The notes beneath the pieces were generated by a model, which saw only the letters and a program-made list of their open reading frames with translations, made no database searches and had not been told where the DNA came from. Shown here piece by piece: positions 39,812-53,416 of a stretch of 64,000 bases of DNA. Source of the stretch: the human T2T-CHM13v2.0 reference genome, Homo sapiens; assembly GCF_009914755.1 (NCBI RefSeq), contig NC_060934.1. One strand, written 5' to 3'. Both the position numbers and the translations under genes were made by a program. Each line of letters starts with the position of its first letter. Positions within the stretch are counted from its first letter, which is position 1.

Positions 39812-42800
39812 GGAATTTGCTATCAAAATAGTGGTGTAAAGAGTATAGTGAACCACGTTCCCAGTAGAAAATAAAAATCATTTAGTGAGTGAGTATTTTT
39901 TTAAAACTAACCATGCAAAGTCTTTGGAAATTGTCATCTGGGTATACAGTAAATGAACAACCATTTATTCAAGAAAATCTACTAAATGTATGTAAGAACA
40001 GCAAAAATATGTGGCACTTAAGCCGAAACTCACTACCATTTCTATCCTGCCCCTCCTAGATCTGTGTGATGAAAACTCTAGTTCAGTCATTTGAAGACAT
40101 GGGGCTTCCTCCCTACCTCGCTCTCAGTCAAGGGTTACAGTTTTACTCCAGGAACAGCATGAACATGTCATTCCACTCCAGCCCTGAATTGCAGAATCTC
40201 TATTCTGGGTAGCCATGAGTGGGAACACTGATCTCCTTTACCTTCCCCAACACCCACTCCAATGGCAGAAGTTATGCCCCAAGCACAACAGATCGAGGAA
40301 ACTGGAATCTATAACAGCCCTGCCCAACTTGCTTAGGGTAGAGGTTCAATGTCAACAAGGACAAGTTCAAAAGTTCAGGATCTATTTCCCTGCCCAGAGT
40401 ACCACTTGTTGAGTAGAGGTGTCACCCTAAAAGAAGTGGGCCACTGCCTTCACCATCAGCCCAGCTAAAGTGGCACAGAAGTTCTATCCAGAGGAGAGGC
40501 AGAAAATAAGAACAAAGAGCTCAGATCTCTTCCTAAATGAGTTTACTTAATTTGGAAGAAACTGTGAGTTCATGACTGAGGGCATTTTTGAACACAATGG
40601 AGATCACCAAATGAGCAATTAAGAAGAGACTTGTAGCTCTCTGATACCCATAACAAAAAGCAAAATTGTAGATGAGATAGATATTTAATAGAGAGAACCA
40701 GAGAATAAGATAAGAGCCTTCATGGGTTCAGAGCAGCCTTCAAGACTGGAAAGATCCTCCCCCCGCAGAGGGGCCTTACTTTTAACTGGATCAAACTGTG
40801 GAACAATTTATGCCTCAAAGCATTGTTTCAAAAAAATAGAACAATTAGAAAGCAATTTGTGGATGCTAAAAGCTAGGCATGATATTAATAGAAGCAGAAT
40901 TTCCCAGGTGCTCAGAGAGATTATGTAGGCCAAGTATGCACATTCTGAGAAGAAACATCAGAAGCTATACACTACTGGGGAAATAGAATTCACTGAAATA
41001 GTCCAGTCATCTCACATTACTAAACAAATAGACACACAAACAAGAACAAACAAGAAGTGCCAAAAGGGGTGAGAAAGATAAGAATTCAGAGTTGCTACAG
41101 TATATGAAGTAAAATATCCAGTTTTCAATTCAAAATCATGAGACATGCAAAGCAACAGGAAAGTGTGAGCCATATACAGGAATATTGTCTGCTTTGTAGA
41201 GGCAGACGATAAAATCTGCCTCTAGGAAGGCCCAGATGTCAGATTTAACAGAATAAAAAGAACTGAGTCAAAGTATCCCTTATAAATATATCAAAAAACT
41301 AAAGGGAACCATGCTTAAATATGTTAAAAGAAGCTATGATGACAATGTTTTAGCTGAGAAGATTATAAACATAGCCACATGTAAGTTCTGGAGTGAAAAG
41401 TTCTATCATCAAAATATAAAATCCACTCGAGAGGCTCAACATTATATTTGATACAGTTAGCACATTTGAAGATAAATTGATAGAGATTATGTGACCCAAA
41501 AAACAGAGAGAAAATCAAATTTTAAAAAATGTATAGAATCTCAGAGAAATGTGGACACCATTAAGCATACCAACATATACATAAAGGGTGTACCTGAAAA
41601 AGAGAAGAGAAAGGAGCAGAAAAAAATATTTTAAGAATAATGAGTGAAAACTAAAAATTGATGAAAAAATGATCTGCACATCAAAGAAGCCCATTGAACC
41701 CCAAGTAGGATGAATGCAAAAAGATCTACCCAGGTATATCAGAGTAAGAATGCTGAAATCTAAAGACAGAAAATACTGCAAGCAGCAAGTGGAAAATGAC
41801 TTTGCTTGGACACAGGAAACTTAGTGAGATTAAGATCTTCTCATCAGGAATAATGGCGACCAGGAAAGAGTGGGGTGACATATTCAAAGTACTGAAAGAA
41901 GAAATAAAAAACAAAAAAAAGCTGTCAACCAAGAATTATACATCCAGCAAAACTATCTGTAAAAATGAAGATGAAATAAATATATTCTCAGATAACAGAA
42001 GCACTGAGAAAATATATTCTTAGCAGACTCATCTTACAAAAATACTTAGAAATTTCGTCAGGCTGAAAGTAAGTGATCCCAGATAGTAATTCAAATCTGC
42101 ATGAAAAAAGAATGATTATTGGTAATGGTAACTGTGTAATTTAAAAAGATAGTATAAATGCATGTTTTTTCTCTTTTCTACTCTCAACAGATTGATAAAA
42201 TATTGTCTAACACAATTTGTATATAATTGTACTTTTTATATTGGGCATATACCATGCAGAAATCTAGTATACAGACAGTTCCTAACTTTTGATAGTTTGA
42301 CTTATGATTTTTAGACTTTATGATGGGTTTACTTGGACAAAACCCCATCCTAAGTTGGGAAGCATCTGGACTTATGATGGTTCAATTTATAAATGTTTAA
42401 TTTCATAATGAGTTTATAAGGGTATTAAATGCATGTTTGACTTACAATGGGTTTATGGTACAACCCGTTGTAAGTGGAGGAACATATGTATTTGACCATA
42501 ACAGCACAGAGGGGTCAGGTGGGAACAAAGCTGTATTGAAGTATAAAATGACATCAGTTGTCATTTGAATCCATAGGAACAAAACAAGACAACCAGAAAC
42601 AGAAAATAAGAATAATAATATAGCAAACTTTATAAATATATACTTGATCTTCTTTCTTTCCTGTTTTTTATAAACATAAAAATATATAAAATATCATTTA
42701 TAATGTGTTTTTATATTATAACATATAAATATAATATGTAAAATGATAATAGCATGAAAAGAACATGGAATTGAGATGTATAGGAATAAATTTTTATATT

Positions 42801-44935
42801 TCATTATAATTAAGTTAGTATAAATCTGAAGTAGATTCTGATAACAAACATATGGTAAGCCCTAGACCAATGACTAAGAGAATAAAAAAGTGAAAACAAA
42901 TGTCAAGTTATTAAAACATTACACCAGAAAACCTCAGCTTAACACAAAAAAGTCAGTAAAAGAGGAATAAAATAGGAGGAAAACACATGAGACATATAAA
43001 ACACAAAAAGAAAAATGGCAGACCTAAACCCAACTATATCAATAACAACATTACATGCAAATGCATTAAGGGCAGGGTTTTTTAGACTTTATGCATTAAA
43101 AAAAATTTCTGACAATATTCTGTTCTCAGGATGGAAAGATACTTTGTATCTTTAGATTCAAATATAGAAACAGGTTGACTGTAAGAGGATGAAGAGAAAT
43201 ATAGCAGGCGCACAGCAATTATAAAAAAACTGACCTATACTAATACCAGGCAAAATAGATTTTGAAACAAAAATATCAATAGAAAGATATTTTATAATGG
43301 TAACAGCATCAATAAATCCAGAAGGAATAACAATTATAAATAAATATACACGTAACAACACAGCCCCAAAACTCATAAAGTCTATAAGAGTTGAAGGGAG
43401 GAAGGGACAATTCAACAATAGTTAGGTATTTTAATATTCACTTCAATAATGGATAGAACTAGAGAGAATAACAAGGATATAGATGACATGAACAACACTG
43501 AACCAACTAAATCCAACAAATATCTATACAGCACTTCACTCAGCAGAAGAATACACATTCTTCTCTGGTACTATGTAACATTTTCAAAATAGACAATATG
43601 CTAGACTATAAATCAAGCTTCAGTAAATTTAAACACATTAAAATCATATAAACCATGTTTCCTGACCACAATGATATTAAATTAGAAATCAATAACAAAA
43701 ATAAATTTGGGAAATTCACAAATATATGGAAATTAAATGACACACTCCTAAATAACCAGAATCAAGGAAGAAATCACAAGGTAAACTAGAAAATTCTGAG
43801 ATAATGGAAACAAAAATACAACATACAAAAACTTAAACTTATAAGATGAAACTAAAATAGTCCTGACAGAGACATTTATAGCTTTAAACATCTATATTGA
43901 AAAAAAAGAAGAAATCAAATTGATAATCTATTGCCATAAGAAATTGGGAAAGGAAGAACAAGCTAAACACAAAGCAAGCACAAGACAGGGAATAATTAAA
44001 ATAAGTGTGTGAACAAATGAAATAAACATAGAGAAAATCAACAAAACAAACACTGGTTATTTTAAAATATTACTTAATTGACAAAAATTTAGAATGATTA
44101 AGAAAAATGATAAAAGATTCATATTTCTAAATCTAAAGGCTGAAATATGTTTGGAACTGCTCTGATTGGCATACAGTTGCAATACTCTTTCCTTATTATT
44201 CCTTTATTTCTGTGTGTTTGGTACTGGCATTCTCTTAATCAGTACCAAACACACATAATTTGAAAGAAATTAACAAATAAAGTATATCTGATGCTTTACA
44301 CAAATAAAAAGTAAATATAAAAATTAAGGAGATTAAATTAATAATTTCAATACTTTTCACAAAGAAGAGCTTAAGATTCAGAGGGCCTTCTTGGTAATTT
44401 CTACCAAACATTTGAAGAACAGCTAATACTAGATCTTCACAAACTGTTTTTAAAAAGGAAGAAATTGTCTATGAGGTCAGTATTACCTTGATATTAAAAC
44501 CAAAGACATCATAAGAAAAGAAATCTACAGGCCAATACTTGTTATGAATATAGACACATAGACACAAAAAATATTGAAAAAATATTGGCAAACCAAATCC
44601 AATTAACACATAAAATGATTACACTCTATAACCAAGTGGGCTTTATCCCAGGGTTGTAAAGCTGGTTTAATATCCAAATGTCAATAAATATAAAACACCA
44701 TATTAATATAATAAAAGGAAAACACTATGCAATCATCTCACTAGATACATAAAGGTATTTGAAAAGAAATACAATCTCATTTCATGGTTGGAAAAAAATA
44801 AAACACTCAACAAGATAGGGAAAAAAGAACTTGCTCAACCTGATAAAGGAAATCTATCAAAACTCACAGTTAATCTCATATGTGAGGGTGAAAGATTGGA
44901 TGCTTTCTCCTAAGATCAGGAATAATACAAAAAGT
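39812..44935 (+). mobile_element. Long L1MC/MD-type LINE: 5'UTR, degenerate ORF1, inter-ORF and 5' part of ORF2
   Basis: 5'-end motif 'catttattcaagaaaatctactaaa'; ORF1 motifs ('ggacaccattaagcataccaacatatac', 'caaccaagaattatacatccagcaaaactatc'); ORF2 start MADLNPTISITTL near 43015; RT-region 'accaagtgggctttatcccaggg'; many stops. Confidence 0.85.
42272..42488 (-). mobile_element. MER47-family (Tigger5) MITE nested in L1
   Basis: TA|cagacagttcc…ctttatgatgggttt…taagttgggaagcatctg, followed by a second related unit ending 'taagtggaggaacatatg|ta'. Confidence 0.7.
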
Positions 44936-47099
44936 CAACTGAGATTATAACAGATGAGAACAAGGACACAGACATTACTTCAAAATGATATGATTGTCCC
45001 TAGAAATAAAAGAAAATTAACTTTAAAACTTTAAAACAATGAAGATATAATAGTGAGAATATAATATATATAAAGCTCTTAGCTTTTTATATTCCAAAAC
45101 TCTAGGTCATAAAACAAAGTCTAGAACCAAAATCAGGAAACTATAGAAATTCATCATAAAATGTGTAAAAAGTTCAAATAAATGGAGGAATAGATTATTC
45201 ATCTGGTGGGAAGAAATAAATATATCTAATATTTTCAAAATTCTGCAAATAATATATATGTACCAAACATAATTGAAATCCTGATGACATTTTTTACAAA
45301 GTTATCTTACAGTTTACCTTAAAAATTTCACCTATGAACTTTAGAAGATTTGAAAAGGAACACTGAGGGAGTGTTTGCTTTAAATATTAACACTAATATT
45401 AACACTATTGTATATCTTTTCCGACATTATGCCTAATAGAAAGATGTATCACTAGATTGTATGTGGCATCTTTATTTATTCAGTGAATAGAGCCAAACAT
45501 TTCAGAGTACACACTGAGACTGACAAATCACCTTGAATGCACTTATCATCTTCCTTGGGAGAGTAATTGCAAGGGGCTAGTCCTCACTGTCTGGAGAGAT
45601 GTGTATAAGATGTCCCATGTTTGGGGGATTAAGTGGTTCAGGTAGAGTAGGGAGTGGTTCTTGGCCTGTAGCAGGCTTGGTGCCAAATCCATAAGGTCAC
45701 TGCAATGTCAAGGCTGGTTTGCACCTAAGAAGTGGCTGTGTAATGGCGAAGACATCTAAAAGTATGGATCTGGTGCCTAAGCAAGATACTGAAATATCTT
45801 ATTCCTTTAAAGAACCACTCTGAAGGACTCCCATCAGTAACAAAGGTAGCAGGCACAAAAAAAAAAAAAAAAAAAGACCTGTACTTTGCCACATCGCTGT
45901 AACCTCAGCTTTCAAGACTGTTTTCCTGGCAAGGTCAGTTTATCCCCTTCTAGCTCAAGTCTTCTATGAACAAGATTTCTCTTCATACCTGGAGAGAACA
46001 TGCATGCTATCTCCACGTTTCTCTCCATGCATCACTTCATGTTTGGGAAGTTCTTGTTTTCTACCAGGGAACCTCAAATGTACCACAGTTTACACTTCCC
46101 CATGCTGAGTGGGCTATGCCTTGTTGTCCAACAGAACACCATAGCCAGAACTCTACCATCTTGTTCCCATGAGATAATAGAGATTGTGCCATTCTGTCAA
46201 AAAAAAAAAAAACAAAAAAAAAACCTCACTAAGTGTCAATTAACCCACTGAAGCTTTCACTTAAAGACGCCTGGCCTTTATGGCTGGGAACCTTAGTTGC
46301 TGAGGGAGATGATACCATTTTAGCATCCATAGCTGGGACATGGCCAGAACTTGATTCATCTACTGTACTTCAAACAGGATGTGCCAAGGCGTTTTTTAAT
46401 CTCAACCACAATTCAAGGCAGAGAAAACCTGAACACTCCCATTCCAAGAACTTGCAGACACTGCAGAACCCCTGACTAAATAACCAAAGATTGAAATCTA
46501 GGGGTGGATGATTTTCTGAACTGGAGACTATTACTACCAAGTTAGAGGTCTTTAGAATTTGTACACTTCTACCATGCACATATAAAAATATGTCTTCTGA
46601 GTTTTCCATGAAAAGATAGGGAACCAGTGTTTATATGACATACCTTTAATATGTGTATTCTCATTTAATCTCATAATATTTCTATATTGACAACTTAAGT
46701 TTTAACTTTCTCTTTTGGTCATATTAGGCTTTCAGGTTTAGGAATGCTATTCTTAAATGCTATTTTGCATCTGCATCAATTTCAGTCCTAATATACACAC
46801 TTCTCATTTTAGAAAAAATATCTATTTTCAAAGAAATTAAAGCCAATAACTTTGTCCTGCAATTCATAAATTCTGAGAACTTCAGTGAAATTTCCTTGTT
46901 TGCAGATCTCCGTATAAAATGTTTGTCAAATGCTCCAGAAATTCTTTCCTAACTTCCAAAGTCCCAAAGAAATAAAAAGAATATTGGCAACAAAAATTTA
47001 AAAAAAGATATCCCCCAGAGCTTTTGCATCCTCACCTAGTTATTTGGTTCAGCCCTGAGGAGGATGCTCAACATGTCTGGGGGTAGAGGTCTCTGACCA

Positions 47100-47250
47100 C
47101 ATTCATTGGAAAGGACCTGATTAGACCTTCTACTTTTGAACTGTTTTCAGTGGTAGAAAGTTTCCCTTTGTCTTGTGTTGAAATTAACTTCCTTGTTCTT
47201 CTTTGTATGAATGTGTCCTCTGGAGTGCTAATGAATGAACTGATACAGTT
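47100..47250 (-). mobile_element. Probable L3/CR1 LINE relic
   Basis: 'tagaaagtttccctttgtcttgtgttgaaatt…gtcctctggagtg' resembles recalled L3 'ttagaaagttcttccttatattgagctgaaat…ccctctggagc'. Confidence 0.4.
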
Positions 47251-47744
47251 TCTTGCCTCTGAGTTGCTGTAGTTGCCTTCTATCCCAATCTTGCATATTA
47301 CATGTCTTTTGTATAGTGACATTTTGAATCTTTCCCTGCAATATTTCTCCCTTACCATTGGCCCAGATTTGGTCACGCTACTACACCCTATCTGTGGCAT
47401 CAGATGATAGGATACAACTCATAAAACCAGGTGATGCTTTGGGGGTTTTTGTAAATATACCATCAAGTCGTAGACATTGCCAGTAACCAATTCAAGCTAT
47501 TTCCCTCTTCACCTTTCCTGCCTGTGTACTTAATCGACTACTATAGCCTGAAATATTCATGACTTCTTACTCATAGAATCATTGATCACGTGTGATTTCC
47601 CGCAAAAACAAGCAGGTTTAAAGAAGCAGCTTTGTGCCAAAAGTTTGCAGAGTAAAGACTATTTTTTTCAGTCATTTCACAATGCCCTGAGTTATTGCTG
47701 TGGTTTATTAATTCTAACTCTGTTTGTTTGACTTCACCTTTCAG

Positions 47745-47755
47745 TATAAGTTACT
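47745..47755 (+). other. Candidate 11-nt microexon
   Basis: Branch point ttCTAAC, pyrimidine tract, CAG|TATAAGTTACT|GTGAGT. Confidence 0.35.
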
Positions 47756-48871
47756 GTGAGTCGGTTTCTGCAAGATAGTGATATGTTCTCAACTGCTAGT
47801 TATTTTCCAGGAATGTCTTTTCTTGTCATGTATTCAATTAGTCATTTTAAAAAACACATGTATCGCTACAAAGCAAGGCTAGAATTAATGCTGATCTGCT
47901 TCTTTTTCCTGGATTACTGCATTTTCCAACTGTTTGTGCCTCAGCATATGGCCCCTATGTTCTTTTATTAAGAAAAAAAGAAAAACATTTACATTGGCCA
48001 TCTTCACTGCATTTTGTTAAATGTCATCTAAAAATTCTATCTGCGCTCTGACCATCACTTGTTCATATTTGAAGTGCCCATCGTATTATTTACTAAGACA
48101 ATTACCTCAGCATTTGGGATCCTTTTGATCTAAACACCGTCACATATTTTAAAATGTGTTTCATCTTTTTAATTTAGTTGGTTCTGGGACTCAGGTTTTG
48201 GAATGCTATTCTTAAATAAATCATAGTTGATGACAAGAAGTCAAAGTTACTTCCTGAATTTGTTTCAGAGCTTTGGAATATGGAAAGCAGAATGCATGCT
48301 ATATTTAGGGTAGTCTATAACGTTTTCTGTGGATTCAAGTTATTTCTTTCCTCTTGTGAGGAACAAAATTGAACAGTCTCATAGATGGCAGAATGGCCCA
48401 TGTGTGGTGTGGTCCTGTTGCTACAAAAAAAAAAAAAAAAACTGCTTGAGTCTATACTAACAATATCCTATTCACTTTAACCTTATGTGCAATGGCTGAG
48501 AGATAACAGCTGTTTCAGTGAATATCAAATCTTGCCCAGAGGAACACATGCATTGCTCTTTCTGTCTATATAGAAATTTATCAGCGCTTTTCTGCCCATG
48601 CACATCTGCTGGTGTGCCATGGCTCAAAAGGCAGCAACCATTCTCACTGAGCACCAAGGAGAAGTGAAGTTGGTCTTGGGACTATTTTGCATAGAGTCCT
48701 TGGTATGGGTTAGAGACAAACGGATAGACCTCCTGAGATGCTCCTGCCAAGGAAAATCAGATGACAATAACCAGATATTTGTATATCACCTTATAGCTAT
48801 ACTATAGAGAATATTCACAAATATCATTTCCTTTTTGTTTCACTGCAATCATGTGAAGTCAAGTAGTAGAC

Positions 48872-49715
<844 letters not shown>

Positions 49716-49726
49716 ATATAAAGGGC

Positions 49727-49870
49727 TGTCTTTGCTGAACTCTCCTACAGACAGAGCCTGAGTCAAAGGTTTGGGAGCACATAGTTAATTTAAGGTAAAA
49801 TTTAACAAGATGATGAGAGTGGAGAAAGAAATTCAGAGCAGGAGAAAAGCCAGTAAAGGAGGTGTTAGGG
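49727..49870 (-). mobile_element. LTR33/LTR16-like ERVL LTR fragment
   Basis: 'cagagcctgagtcaaaggtttgggagcacatagttaattt…aaagccagtaaaggaggtgtta'. Confidence 0.55.
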
Positions 49871-50009
49871 TAAGGAATCACAGTAGGAGTGCCACAGTAG
49901 GCAGAGCAGGAATGATTAACATTTTTCATTTCAATGTATTTTAGAGAGGTTAAATAGACATCTTCAAACTCAAAGACTATAAGCAGTGGTTATGTCACAA
50001 CAGTGCTAA

Positions 50010-50251
50010 AACCTGAGATTTATTGAACATTTACTATAAGAGGATTATGCTAAGTTCTTACCATACACTATCTCATTTAATCTTTAAAACAATCTCTGGA
50101 GATAGTTATTATAATGCTTAATTTATTTAAAAAAATGAAATTCTGGGTAGAGAAAATTGTGTAATTTGCTCAAAGCCACATGTCAAGCATGTCAGAGTTA
50201 TATCCCAAACTCAGGTCATTCTGACCCCAACACTCCATGCAACACTGCCTC
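50010..50251 (-). mobile_element. MIR SINE
   Basis: 'atttattgaacatttacta…tatctcatttaatcttt…gtaatttgctcaaagccaca…cactgcctc'. Confidence 0.8.
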
Positions 50252-50964
50252 CTACCCAGCCACAAAAGGTAAGCCAGCAAGGGAAGGAGCGGTCACCAAC
50301 ATAAGGAAACACTACCATTATTGAAAGAAACACATCTCTAAATTTCCTAGGTGAATTTATAATCTTATTTAATTTTAAAACAAAGATGTCCTACTTTCTC
50401 AAAGATTCAATTTTATCTTTCAGTAAGATGAAAGGGTTCAACCATAGTATCTCTAAGAGCCCTAATAATTGTTAGGTTATATAATGGTCTGATACAAGCT
50501 TTTCAAATGCAAATATAAGTGAGTTTTAAAACATTGTCCATATGTAAGTGCATCTGAGAATACATTTTATTTAATACATAAAATTGCAATGTGTATTTGG
50601 GTATTTTCAAGACGAGGGAAAACAAGGGCTATGTGTGGAACAATCAGATATAAACACAGATTAATACAATTCAGTCTTTCAAGGACATTTATTGAGTATC
50701 CTCTTTAGGTCAGGTACTATGCAGCCATTGAAATATCAGTCCCTGGAAGCAAATAAAAACAAAAAGACACCTAAGAGTCGTTGGCAACCAATTTCATGCC
50801 ACCCAACAAAGTCTCTTTTCTTGAATAGGATGAAGGTAGTGCAGGCCGAGAACAGAAAAGATAAAACAAATAATCTAATTCTAATTTGCACTTCAGTTTT
50901 TGCCAAATTATAAAGCTGGTTAGAGACTTATTTAGGATATAAAAATTTGTGTGAAAGCCTCTGA

Positions 50965-51003
50965 GCGCACGCACACACACACACACACACACATACACAC
51001 ACA

Positions 51004-51035
<32 letters not shown>
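50965..51035. repeat. Compound (CG/CA/TA)n alternating purine-pyrimidine microsatellite
   Basis: About 70 bp of alternating R/Y, mostly CA. Confidence 0.95.
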
Positions 51036-51080
51036 GAGGCATCTATAATATGGCAGCATCTCAATATGGTTCTCTCTAAG

Positions 51081-51290
51081 GAGGCAGCATTAGCTGGTGG
51101 AAAGAACAATGATTTGGGAATTAGGCAGATTTGGAAATAAACCTTCCCTCAACCATTTTCTAGTTGGGGAATATCACTTTACCTTTCTGAGTGTTCCTGT
51201 CTTTTGAATGACTTAACTACAAATTTGTCAGCTAGGGTTGATGTATACATAGTTCCTGGCCTAGGTACTCAAATAGATTAATAATAATAA
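51081..51290 (+). mobile_element. MIR SINE
   Basis: 'gaggcagcattagctggtggaaagaacaatgatttgggaattaggcagattt…tcactttacctttctgagt'. Confidence 0.65.
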
Positions 51291-53416
51291 GAAGAAGAAA
51301 TAGTTACTATTCATTGAGGTATTTTTAAAATAATTTACAGTATGGGTTTTGAGAAACTGTTTCCTTGAAAAATAAAATCCCCACAGCCTAAATCACAAAG
51401 GAAATTAACAGTTTTAAATGTCACAAATGATTGTACATAATTAATGACCACTGGCAAGATTTAAAAAGAAAATCTAATGTGAGTGAGTGATTCTCCCTGG
51501 GATCCAAAAATTAATTTTAAAAATATTGGTACGCAAGCTAAATTAACTTAAGTATAGAGACCGTTTTTCTATTTTAGCATCTTTTTTCCTTTGCTTTAAT
51601 CGAATAAACATATAAAAATAAAGGACTTAGCATATTTTTCTGAGTTATCAAACATAGCCGTTACAGTTTTAAATTGCTGAGCTCAAAGCCTGAAGCTTAC
51701 ATTTTTGAAAACCATAAATACTAAAGCAAAGTCTCGATATGCCTATATCATTTTACCTTAGCTTGTGTTAGTTCTTATTATCAGAGTTCAAACAGTTGTA
51801 TAAAAGTGTGTCCAAGAAATTGATGTGATATTGATTATCTATTTTTTCCTTTTAATGTTGATGATAAACTCCATTTACAGTTATGTGATTTGTCTCTCTG
51901 TAACTCTTCATGAATTATGTTGTAAAAATTTTGTTGTATTGTTAATGCTTGTATTAAACCTAACTTTTTAATGTATTTATATCTTTTCTCCTCAATAAGA
52001 TTATAATATTATTGGTAAAAGATTCTGTGTTATGCTGTTCCCCTTTGTAGCCTCTGAGGTCAGGTAGCATATATTCTTTGTGTACAGCAGGAGCCCAATG
52101 TGTAACATATTTAGGGCTGGGCTGATATTTCGCTCATCTCTATATTCATATTCATCTCTTTATGCTGATTTGTGTCTGCTTTATAACTCCTGTTCTTCCA
52201 TTTGACTCCTCTATCATAGTCTCTGTTTTATCAGATTCCCTCCTCATTTTAAATCAAATCAAATCCTTCTGTTTACTTTCCACTTACATTACTGCCTGCA
52301 AGTGTCTATCAGGTATACTTATACCTAGATTATTTATGCCAGGGCTGTAATGCTTTTCACAATACCATATGCATCAAAGATGTTTCCCAAAGCAAAACTC
52401 CCATTTTATCGCATCTACTCAATTTTGCAAGCCCGTAACTCCTCCCAGTTGTCATTTCCACAATAATACAAGGGAGGACATTGTTTGTATAAAAATTTTA
52501 CACAGTGCCTCTCTCTGTCTAGTCCATTTTTTAGTTAATCAAATTTTTATTTTATTCTATTTTGCCGGTTCCTGGTAATCATTACCCACTTCCCATTCTT
52601 CTGTATTTGAACTTTCTACAGGCTCCACCTCCTTTCATTCAAATTGAGTTCATTTTATACATGAGCTTTCCCTCATGGACATTTTAATCAGCTGCTCCAT
52701 GTACCAAGAAAATGCTTTGAAACATAAGCAGACTGCATCTCTAGTAGAATCATTAGTAGAATGTAGAATTTGTTGCTGATTTATCTCTACCTAGGTAAAA
52801 GGCAGAGATGTGGATTGTAACAAATCTGTTACCTTACTCTAACCTGTCTTAGTGACAACCAGTTATAGTATGACTTGCTTTTCTTTTATATACATAAGGG
52901 GGTCAGTGAGGGGCGATATCTCTAATATTCTTATTTGTAGGCACTACCCAGTGTGCACCTAGCAATTGCATGATATAGAAAACATATCATTTTCTCTACT
53001 GAAAAACTCTTTATTTTATAATTATTCAATGGTAAGAAAAGAGGCTTTATAAAATTCTGACTGAAAAACTAGAATGTAGATCTATGGAACTATTTTTGGG
53101 GGATGCTCTCTCTGATTTTTAAGAGTTCAATTTCAAAGGAAGTGTCTCAAGCAAAGGCCATATCTCTTTCCTGAAACAGCTTCTAAGAAAGGCAGTGAAA
53201 GCTGATAGGGAGGACTTGATCCTAGGATCTAGCTGCCAGAGCCTTATCTTTGTGCATCCACCGGCCAATGAATAGGACATCTCCCAGGGCCAATATTGAA
53301 CTTAAAAAAGGACTGAACATCTGTTGTCATGTTGCTAACAGACTCCATGTACACTTGGTTGAGAAGGAGATCAAGACTGTCTTTAATATTAACTATTTTT
53401 GAATTTAAAAATTTGG

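Noticed and set aside
39812-44935. Possible active or domesticated L1 ORF1/ORF2
   Set aside because: Many stops, frameshifts and an internal inversion; no ORF of 100 aa or more in the track
45597-45610. 14-bp match AGATGTGTATAAGA to the Tn5 mosaic end / Nextera adapter
   Set aside because: It lacks the terminal GACAG and the flanks read as ordinary genomic DNA; most likely chance, though it could mislead adapter trimming
46337-46357. p53-like pair GGACATGGCC-A-GAACTTGATT
   Set aside because: A mismatch in each half-site plus a spacer; too weak
45857-48441. Isolated poly-A tracts (~45857, ~46199, ~48425) as possible processed-pseudogene tails
   Set aside because: No polyadenylation signal with TSD pair and no recognisable mRNA body upstream
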